Assembly (NCBI GenBank): GCA_050749405.1
Contig: JBOGRD010000006.1
Coordinates: 7,878 to 39,877 of the forward strand
DNA length: 32,000 nucleotides
Direction of reading: 5' to 3'
Source of the DNA: Nitrosotalea sp.
Lineage (GTDB): Archaea > Thermoproteota > Nitrososphaeria > Nitrososphaerales > Nitrosopumilaceae
The notes under the pieces were generated by a model, which searched no databases, was not told the DNA's origin, and saw only the letters and a list, made by a program, of their open reading frames with translations. The first letter of the stretch is position 1, and the number at the start of each line of letters is the position of its first letter. This document shows, piece after piece, positions 7,109-13,948 of the stretch. Made by a program: the position numbers and the translations under genes.

Positions 7109-8122
7109 CTACAAAAATTTTCTTATCAATTCTGCAGCTGTTTTACCGCCCTGAAAAGATTGTGGATTTCTTTTTTCATTTATCTTTTCGAGAATCAGTG
7201 TATCTAATCTGAAAATATCTTCGTAAGAATATCCGATTTCTCTTGCATTATCTTCCTGCTCAAAATGGCCCTTTATCGGGATAAATATTCCAGGTGTACC
7301 ATAATGCTTTGATTCATCTATGGTTGATTTTCCTGCCAGAGATATTATCAAGTCTGCAGCAAATATTATTTCATGCAGATTGCTGGCAAACCCAAGATTT
7401 CTATGTGGAAATTGCTTCATCTGAAGAGCAGGTCCGGAAACTATTACAAGTTCTGCATCAGGGTTGCTCTTTTTGAATGCATCCACAACCTTTTCAATTA
7501 AAAACTTCCCAAGGTCGGTTCCACCTATGCTCACAATTATTGTTTTCCTGTCAAAAGAATATTTTTTTCGTAGCTGTTCGCGAGACTCGGCAGTATCCCT
7601 AACTATTGGTCCAACTCTTACTATGTTGTTGTTGTCTTGACCATTCTCTGGCATGATGACAAGATCGCATTTTTCTATGATGCTTTTCATGGCCTGATTC
7701 ATCTTTTTTTCTATGATAGAGCCAAATCCTTTTGCAAATTTTGTCTCCAAAATATCAGTGACAAGTACTGTTTTGATCTTCTGTTTCTGTGCTATCACAA
7801 GTGATGCATAGTCCTCGTCGCTTACTACAAGACGAGGCCTCTGCTTTTCTATCGCCTTGGTCGAGATTTTCTTGCACTCTTTGTAGTATGAGAGGTAATC
7901 AAAAAGCCATCGGAGTGGACTGTGAAGCTTACCGTTTTCAATCCTAAATGGTGGCGGCCTGTAGAGATTGTCTACATCAAATCCATACCAAGAAAGTAAC
8001 TTGTATGCACCTGCACCGCTTATGAATTTTTTTGGAATATTGTCCAAGTGTTGCGAAATTGCAACATCCCTTGTGGCATGTCCCAATCCTATGGGGCTTG
8101 TAAAGAAAACTAGGTCAGTCAT
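7109..8122 (-). CDS. GT-B fold glycosyltransferase (GT1/GT28-like, MurG/MJ1255-type)
   Basis: 337-aa ORF. The N-terminal VFFTSPIGLGHATRDVAI glycine-rich loop and the C-terminal half (IVSIGGTD..., ADLIISLAGKSTIDE) resemble UDP-sugar-binding GT-B enzymes. Confidence 0.6.
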   Translation of the reverse strand: MTDLVFFTSPIGLGHATRDVAISQHLDNIPKKFISGAGAYKLLSWYGFDVDNLYRPPPFRIENGKLHSPLRWLFDYLSYYKECKKISTKAIEKQRPRLVVSDEDYASLVIAQKQKIKTVLVTDILETKFAKGFGSIIEKKMNQAMKSIIEKCDLVIMPENGQDNNNIVRVGPIVRDTAESREQLRKKYSFDRKTIIVSIGGTDLGKFLIEKVVDAFKKSNPDAELVIVSGPALQMKQFPHRNLGFASNLHEIIFAADLIISLAGKSTIDESKHYGTPGIFIPIKGHFEQEDNAREIGYSYEDIFRLDTLILEKINEKRNPQSFQGGKTAAELIRKFL

Positions 8123-8174
8123 GTTGTAGATTTCACCCAGTGAACGATTTCCATTTTTTCTTCATGTAATTCTC

Positions 8175-8185
8175 AAAGTTTAAAT
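8175..8185 (+). promoter_or_regulatory. BRE/TATA-like element (AAAG-TTTAAAT) of tRNA-Val
   Basis: TTTAAAT (8179-8185) is centred 27 nt upstream of tRNA position 1 (8209) and preceded by purine-rich AAAG. This is canonical archaeal promoter geometry. Confidence 0.55.
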
Positions 8186-8208
8186 GCATTTTAAATTGGA
8201 GCTTGCTT

Positions 8209-8282
8209 GGGTTCATAGTCCAGTTGGTTATGACGTCGCCCTTACACGGCGAAGATCCAGGGTTCGAATCCCTGTGGACCCA
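8209..8282 (+). tRNA. tRNA-Val (anticodon UAC)
   Basis: Folded by hand. The 7-bp acceptor stem is GGGTTCA/TGGACCC with one G-U pair. The 5-bp anticodon stem is TCGCC/GGCGA, with loop CT-TAC-AC (U33, anticodon TAC, A37). 5-nt variable loop; T arm CAGGG-TTCGAAT-CCCTG; discriminator A. No encoded CCA and no intron. Confidence 0.93.
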
Positions 8283-8385
8283 TTTCTACATAGGACGTAG
8301 AATCTACCACATAAATTTCTTAAAATTCTCATTTTTTGGATAGATGCGGTTCTAGTCTGTTTCTTTTGCTACTGATATTTAGAAT

Positions 8386-9297
8386 TCAGTAGAGGATCTC
8401 TGAATTTTCCCATGAATAATCAAACAATGTTCGTAGAGTATCTATCATTGAGCTTGAATTGGACCACATTGCAAAGACATTGTGTGCAAGATGATTGGAG
8501 TTTCTTAAGAATAATAGAACTTCATTATAATCTGTAATCACAAAACACAGAGTGTCTTTCTTTCCTGTAGACAATATTCTAATTCTCTCTCTGTTTATCT
8601 CCTCTGTAATTTCAGGCATAGTGTGAGACGGTGAGATAATGACTCTCTCAAAAGCAGGAGACTTGACTATTAATTCAACAAGGTCTGCATGATAAAATCT
8701 TGAAAAATCCCTTGGTGCACAAAACAAAAGAACTTCTTCTTTAGCATGAGAAACCATCTCTCTTATTTTATTATGGATAGATGGTGCACCTTGAAGCATT
8801 TGTAATTTATCCATTTTTGTTTCGTTTGTCTCTACTGCAAATGATGGTATCTTATCCCATATTTCCACAAGTTCCTTTTCATTTTCTAATAGTATATCCA
8901 CTCGTTCTTTTTCAGAATTCACCAGTGTTCTAATTACTTTAGATAGTGGTAACGCCTCAAACCTTGTAGGTTGGCAACATTCTGATGTTACCACCCCCAA
9001 ATTTTGTAAGTTATTTAAAATTTGATAAGTTTCAGTACGTGGTAATTCTAATGATTTACAAACCTCAGGCGCAGTTTTTGTACCATACTTTCCTAAATAT
9101 ATGTAGACTTTGGCTTGATTAGGAGATAATCCAAACTTCAAAAGCTCATTTTTTACTTTATCTACTTGACTCCGTTGTTCGTAAAAAGATGTTCCAGGTT
9201 CTGTGTTAAATATTCCTAATTGAACCTCTCTCACTACTGCTGATTTTGCAGTCATTGGAAGTTGATCCTTTTGTGTATTGTCATTTCGTATGAGCAA
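8386..9297 (-). CDS. TrmB-family transcriptional regulator
   Basis: LSPNQAKVYIYLGKYGTKTAPEVCKSLELPRTETYQILNNLQNLGVV is the characteristic TrmB winged-helix N-domain, followed by a ~200-aa C-terminal domain. The maximal ORF begins with TTG 9297; the first ATG is 9255 (MTAKSAVV...). Confidence 0.8.
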   Translation of the reverse strand: MLIRNDNTQKDQLPMTAKSAVVREVQLGIFNTEPGTSFYEQRSQVDKVKNELLKFGLSPNQAKVYIYLGKYGTKTAPEVCKSLELPRTETYQILNNLQNLGVVTSECCQPTRFEALPLSKVIRTLVNSEKERVDILLENEKELVEIWDKIPSFAVETNETKMDKLQMLQGAPSIHNKIREMVSHAKEEVLLFCAPRDFSRFYHADLVELIVKSPAFERVIISPSHTMPEITEEINRERIRILSTGKKDTLCFVITDYNEVLLFLRNSNHLAHNVFAMWSNSSSMIDTLRTLFDYSWENSEILY

Positions 9298-9578
9298 TCT
9301 TTGAACAGTACAGGTTTATTCATAGAATTTTGTCTCATGTATCATATTTAGAATCCGCGGATCTTTTTTTGATTTTATTGATCCAAAATGGCTTTTTCTA
9401 ATCAAAAGTAATGCACATTCATACACGGTCTATTTGTAGACATTTGTCATTTAGTTTGATTTGCAACAAATTTGTTTGTGTAATTTATCTATTGTAATAG
9501 CATTCATTTGCATTCCATCATGTCAAAATTTTACGAATAAACCAGTGCAAAATAGCTTCATGATGTGTATTCTCATGA

Positions 9579-9803
9579 GACCAGCCATTTGCATATCTTG
9601 TACAAATACAGGATAGCAGCGGTGTGACGGTATCACTCTCATGGATCACAGGTACACTATCTGCAGGTCAATCACTCAACCCGGCCCAGTCTTGGACTCC
9701 GTCAGTAGCTGGCACATACACTGCTCAAATCTTTGTATGGCAGTCTATTAACAATCCAAACGCACTGTCGCCACCATTGAGTACGACTATAACAGTACAG
9801 TAG
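9579..9803 (+). pseudogene. Start-less C-terminal remnant of a secreted beta-sandwich-type protein
   Basis: Open frame DQPFAYLVQIQDSSGVTVSLSWITGTLSAGQSLNPAQSWTPSVAGTYTAQIFVWQSINNPNALSPPLSTTITVQ* has no ATG and is preceded by in-frame TGA codons at 9561 and 9576. The upstream protein-like text (..NFTNKPVQNSF..) is in another frame. It sits in a ~770-bp otherwise non-coding gap. Confidence 0.5.
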
Positions 9804-10033
9804 ACTAGAGAAACCAAAAACAACTAACTTTCCCCCTTTTCCTTTTTGTAAAATAGACCTAACGAGAGTTATCGATTAGAAAATACTAGTATGACACCTA
9901 ATTAATGCATTCAAGTGATTGCAATATTTTGCAATCATTTTTGATTTTGGAAGATGATGTTGTATTGCATTCAGCTTTAGATTCACAATTGCTCTTGTTT
10001 CATAAAGGCAGACAAGCGGGATTCAGTAATGCA

Positions 10034-10044
10034 TTTTTAAATTA
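10034..10044 (+). promoter_or_regulatory. TATA-like box (TTTTTAAATTA) of the ABC permease gene
   Basis: Centred ~26 nt upstream of ATG 10065. Confidence 0.45.
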
Positions 10045-10064
10045 TGTGAGCGATAGTATTAGAT

Positions 10065-11297
10065 ATGCATCCAAAGGACATGTTCTCTCTATCATTTGAT
10101 GCCCTAGTTGACAGAAAGGTCAGAACAGTGCTCACTGTACTCATGGTTGTTCTTGGCAGCAGCCTCGTTGTTGTACTCAATGGACTGAGCGCAGGACAAT
10201 CCGCCTTTTTAGAGAAGCAGTTTAGCGTGTTGGCTGATAACGTGATCTTTGTAAGCTCAGGACAGCATTCGTATCATTCTGAATCTTCTACAGCCTCTCT
10301 TATCATAAACGACGTAATTGTAAACAGAATCAAGACACTCCCTTTTGTAGAGGATACAAACCCAATGTATTCAGGCTCCATCGAGATTGACTCGCAAGGA
10401 AATATCCAGCATGTACCAGTGCGTGCTATGATACCTACAAAGATCTCTGAAATTTTGCCAAATGTAGAGTACGTTACCGGTTCAACTATAGATCCAAACG
10501 ATCGTGCCGCTATGATAATAGGAGATACAGTAGCCAATCCTCCAGGTGCCACAACTCCATTTGTTACAGTAGGGCAGACCATTAGAGCCACATATACTTA
10601 TGCTGATCCTACCGGAAAGCAGGAGCAAGAGGTCAAGAACTTTGTAGTGACAGCTATAATGAAGCCGTCTGGAAACAACTACCTAGACTCCTCCGTACTT
10701 ATCAACTTGGATGCGGGAAATCAGCTCCTACATAAATCAAACAAGTATGATGGCATGACTGTCATTGCAGTTCCAGGATATGACAATACTGTACAGCAAG
10801 AGATTACTGGTATGTTTGGCAGTACCCTTGGAATTACAACACCAAAAGCCATAATGGCAATAAGAGAACAGGCTACAAGTGGCAATGCAGCTTTTATTCT
10901 TATGATAGGAATAATAGCTCTTGTTGTTGGCTCAGTTGGAATAGTTACAACCCTCTACAACTCTGTAACAGAGAGGATTCGTGAGATTGGCACCATGAAG
11001 GCAATTGGTGCTCAAAATCTTGACATTCTTGGACTCTTTTTGGTAGAGGCAGTATTGATAGGATTGATTGGCGCCACGATAGGGCTGGCTGCAGGTGTTG
11101 GAGGAGGATACATGATAAGCAATATTACTACATCCCACGGACCCGGTGCAAGTGCAATCCACATTCCTCCGATTTTTCTGCCTATCGATCTTTTGAAAGT
11201 ATGGGTGCTCTCGGTTTTACTCAGCATGGCAGCTGGCGTGTTTCCAGCATGGAAGGCATCAAAACTTTCCCCCATGGTAGCTTTGAGAAGAGAATGA
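10065..11297 (+). CDS. ABC transporter permease, FtsX/MacB type
   Basis: N-terminal helix (RTVLTVLMVVLGSSLVVVLNG), a ~230-aa extracytoplasmic domain, then three C-terminal helices. These carry the FtsX-domain signature (REIGTMKAIGAQNLDILGLFLVEAVLIG ... FPAWKASKLSPMVALRRE). Confidence 0.8.
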   Translation: MHPKDMFSLSFDALVDRKVRTVLTVLMVVLGSSLVVVLNGLSAGQSAFLEKQFSVLADNVIFVSSGQHSYHSESSTASLIINDVIVNRIKTLPFVEDTNPMYSGSIEIDSQGNIQHVPVRAMIPTKISEILPNVEYVTGSTIDPNDRAAMIIGDTVANPPGATTPFVTVGQTIRATYTYADPTGKQEQEVKNFVVTAIMKPSGNNYLDSSVLINLDAGNQLLHKSNKYDGMTVIAVPGYDNTVQQEITGMFGSTLGITTPKAIMAIREQATSGNAAFILMIGIIALVVGSVGIVTTLYNSVTERIREIGTMKAIGAQNLDILGLFLVEAVLIGLIGATIGLAAGVGGGYMISNITTSHGPGASAIHIPPIFLPIDLLKVWVLSVLLSMAAGVFPAWKASKLSPMVALRRE

Positions 11298-11428
11298 TTT
11301 TTTGGTCTTGTTGTCTTAATTTACAAAATGTCTTGATTGACGACCAGATCTTGTAATTTGGTATCCAAGACAGATGAGAATCAAAACATGGTTTAATTAT
11401 TAGAACACACTCTGTTTTCTTGTTTCAC

Positions 11429-11818
11429 ATGGTCTCTGAAAAAATTGTCAGATTTCAAAACAAGAACAAGGATTTGAATCAGCTAGGGCAACAAATAGTC
11501 TCAATGTTAGAAGGAGAGGGATACAAAACACAGATGACGTCCAGTTCTCCAGTAGGAGTAATTATTCAGGCAAAGAAAGCAGGTATTCTCAGAGATATCA
11601 TCACTGCAGACAGGGCATTTACGATAATGATTAGTGGGGATCCAAACAACTTTGCCATACATGTTGGAATAGGGAAGTGGGTACAAAATATTGCGGTTGC
11701 AGCAGCAGAGGCACTACTCTTGTCTGCGCTATTTCTAGCAGTTGACATTCCTGAGATGCTCTGGACAGTACATGTGGAAAATGAGATATTGAAGAAGATA
11801 ACGCAGATGGTAGGATAA
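11429..11818 (+). CDS. Hypothetical protein with C-terminal hydrophobic helix
   Basis: The listed ORF starts at TTG 11420; the first ATG is 11429 (MVSEKIV...). TTTAATTATTA lies ~30 nt upstream. Composition is protein-like, with a C-terminal segment IAVAAAEALLLSALFLAV. No family recognised. Confidence 0.5.
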   Translation: MVSEKIVRFQNKNKDLNQLGQQIVSMLEGEGYKTQMTSSSPVGVIIQAKKAGILRDIITADRAFTIMISGDPNNFAIHVGIGKWVQNIAVAAAEALLLSALFLAVDIPEMLWTVHVENEILKKITQMVG

Positions 11819-12091
11819 CCAAATCAATAAAAGATCTTTTTAAGACAAGTCATCAAAATCTGTTACGTCAAGAGACTTGCAAATCTTTACTAATAAAAGA
11901 AGATTAACTTTGTTCATCAGCCAATAAATAGCAAATAAAATGATGATTCATAGTGAGAAGGAATCTCGTAGGTATCAGTAAAGTGTTTCTTATTGTCTCT
12001 GTTGTTGTAAATTATTTTCCGGTTTCAACTTTTGTACAGGTTTTTCGCAGACTTTTTCTCCCAGAAATATATCGCATGGTTTGAAATTCAA

Positions 12092-12277
12092 ATGCAAAAA
12101 ATAAATAACTGGACTCTAGCATTTGTCTCGCTTGGAATACTTTTGGCTACAACATACGAGGCAGTTGTAGCACACGATTCAGAATTATTCATCGCTTCTA
12201 TAACAATTTTTGCGCTGATATCATGGTTTATGTTGATTGGTGCATGCGTAATGGGAGTGAGCAGAATTTTAGTATGA
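12092..12277 (+). CDS. Hypothetical small membrane protein (two helices)
   Basis: ATG-initiated 61-codon part of ORF 12032..12277 (MQKINNWTLAFVSLGILLATT...IFALISWFMLIGACVMG). Support is hydrophobicity only. Confidence 0.3.
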   Translation: MQKINNWTLAFVSLGILLATTYEAVVAHDSELFIASITIFALISWFMLIGACVMGVSRILV

Positions 12278-12545
12278 ATGGAGCAATTTGAGTTAACAAT
12301 GTTAGTCCACGCTTACATTGTAAAATCATAAACAAGATCTAAAATATGTCACAACCACATATCAATCCAATGTTCTAAAACATATTGATAACAGTGGACG
12401 ATTCGGAACCAGCAAGTAAAGCATTTCGGATAGCTAGATTGAAACTACGAAAAATCAGTACGTCAACACAAATTAAGATGACAATTCTTCAAAACAATTA
12501 TTCCATGTCATTCCTTTCAGTATTTACAGCTTACATAATTTTCAA

Positions 12546-13142
12546 TCATGATTTGTTAGGAATTGTAGAAGATGAGTCAGATCCTTTTTGAATCTTGTAT
12601 TTATCAGACAAAAGGATGCTGCTATAGATACCCATTATAGTACCATACAGAATATGGAATCCCATAGCTCCCCACATTACTAGAGGTAGGTTTGTCTTCA
12701 GTGCGCTAAGCATAGAACGATCATCGTCTGTAAGGCCAGGCAAATTTGTATTGCTGGATATGGAGTTTATGGCTGGCAATACAATGAACAATGTGATTGG
12801 CATGAAAAAGATTGCATATACCTCAAGACCCGTAACGCCGCCTCCTAGTATCCCCTTCCATGTTCTATTGAGATAAAATATTGGGTGCAATGCAGAACAT
12901 ACGCAGAATACGGCTCCTATTGTTACGGCAGTCAACATGTGAGCTACAACGCCAAAAAGTGTTGCAGCAAGACCCTTTAGACCAACCGACAGACCTATCA
13001 CAGTATAAAATGCCCAAGGACTAAGAAGAAGTTCAGAATCAACTGCAACGAATGCAACGAGAATCATTATGCCGCCTATAAAACCTGCCATCACTCCAAC
13101 CTTACCCTTTTCGTAAATTTCTCTGGGGGTTACTCTTCCCAC
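12546..13142 (-). CDS. Hypothetical polytopic membrane protein
   Basis: 198-aa ORF with ~5-6 hydrophobic helices rich in G/A/V. GTG start at 13142 (the ATG alternative is Met18). No family recognised. Confidence 0.55.
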   Translation of the reverse strand: MGRVTPREIYEKGKVGVMAGFIGGIMILVAFVAVDSELLLSPWAFYTVIGLSVGLKGLAATLFGVVAHMLTAVTIGAVFCVCSALHPIFYLNRTWKGILGGGVTGLEVYAIFFMPITLFIVLPAINSISSNTNLPGLTDDDRSMLSALKTNLPLVMWGAMGFHILYGTIMGIYSSILLSDKYKIQKGSDSSSTIPNKS

Positions 13143-13255
13143 ACAATATTATCGGCAGTCAAGTATTTACGTATGGCTTTTAGCTGATTCTAAATTTAAT
13201 GGACTTCATATCTCATAAATTACCAGCCAAGTCTTATGGAAAACGATTACTGTCC

Positions 13256-13266
13256 AAAGTTATTTA
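13256..13266 (+). promoter_or_regulatory. BRE/TATA-like element (AAAG-TTATTTA) upstream of the 37-codon Cys-rich ORF
   Basis: Centred ~30 nt upstream of ATG 13293. It has the same AAAG+TATA layout as the tRNA-Val promoter. Confidence 0.4.
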
Positions 13267-13292
13267 GTTTCTGATTCGTGTTATACATATCA

Positions 13293-13406
13293 ATGTGCGA
13301 TGAGTGTAGGACTGCGAAAGGTGTAATTTGCAGATGTGGCTGTGACAATCTAAGTACTGATGGAAAATACACATACTGCACTGACTGCAAGCACATAATG
13401 GGTTAG
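13293..13406 (+). CDS. 37-aa cysteine-rich mini-protein (putative zinc ribbon); below the ORF-track cutoff
   Basis: ATG..TAG read by hand: MCDECRTAKGVICRCGCDNLSTDGKYTYCTDCKHIMG. It has 7 Cys arranged CxxC ... CxCxC ... CxxC plus one His. A promoter-like box lies at -30. Confidence 0.45.
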   Translation: MCDECRTAKGVICRCGCDNLSTDGKYTYCTDCKHIMG

Positions 13407-13567
13407 AATTTGTACATCGGCTCTAGGAATAGATCAAAAACTATTTTTGCTCTTTTTCCATGTATTGAATTGACTAACCCTCATTAGTGAGACATAAATT
13501 TTGCTAGAACAGAACTAGATGATTTCTAGTTGCTAATTGTACCTGATTTTTTGTGTGTATTCTATTA

Positions 13568-13768
13568 TTATGGGGTAAATGCAGTCATCGTTGTCTTGTT
13601 GTCCTCGCCTGACATCGTGGAAGCTTTTTGTATTATCTGATTATTTGCATCTGTATATTCTTTGAGGTCTTTTTGAAATGATTGCACCTCTCCATAAAGT
13701 ATTTCATTGCCAATTAAAGAAATTACTAGGACCGTGCTAAGAATGTAAATCACGTATCTAATTCTCAT
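13568..13768 (-). CDS. Hypothetical small N-terminally anchored protein
   Basis: 66-aa ORF with one N-terminal hydrophobic helix (YVIYILSTVLVISLIG) and a polar tail. No family recognised. Confidence 0.3.
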   Translation of the reverse strand: MRIRYVIYILSTVLVISLIGNEILYGEVQSFQKDLKEYTDANNQIIQKASTMSGEDNKTTMTAFTP

Positions 13769-13948
13769 AATTTGGAATATCCATCAAGATTAATAGGTTT
13801 TAGTGAACTCGTGGATCTACACATATTCTGCTTTTTATGGTTCCACTACATAAAATGTGTTAAATTCTAGTCTGAAAGTTATTAACAGAATTATAATCCC
13901 ACCGAAGTACTGGAAGATGTTTTCTGCTAGATGGTTACTTTGCCTACG

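Noticed and set aside
9905-10099. 64-aa ORF overlapping the permease start; VVLHS...LLLFHKGRQ faintly recalls the THD...DG end of ABC ATPases
   Set aside because: The resemblance is weak and the spacing is wrong. There is no Walker or signature motif anywhere upstream, and the ORF is out of frame with, and overlaps, a well-supported gene.
11939-12010. C-box-like AATGATGA, checked as a C/D box sRNA
   Set aside because: There is no CUGA D or D' box at the required ~12-nt spacing and no terminal stem. The same applies to GATGATGA at 30778-30785, just upstream of the helicase start.
12385-12591. 68-aa TTG-initiated ORF
   Set aside because: It has no protein-like features, a non-ATG start, and overlaps the 3' end of the convergent 198-aa membrane-protein gene.
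13513-13552. Hairpin AACTAGA-tgatt-TCTAGTT followed by a T6 run
   Set aside because: The 7-bp AT-rich stem is about 110 nt from the nearest plus-strand stop. Archaeal termination does not need hairpins, so it is too weak to call.
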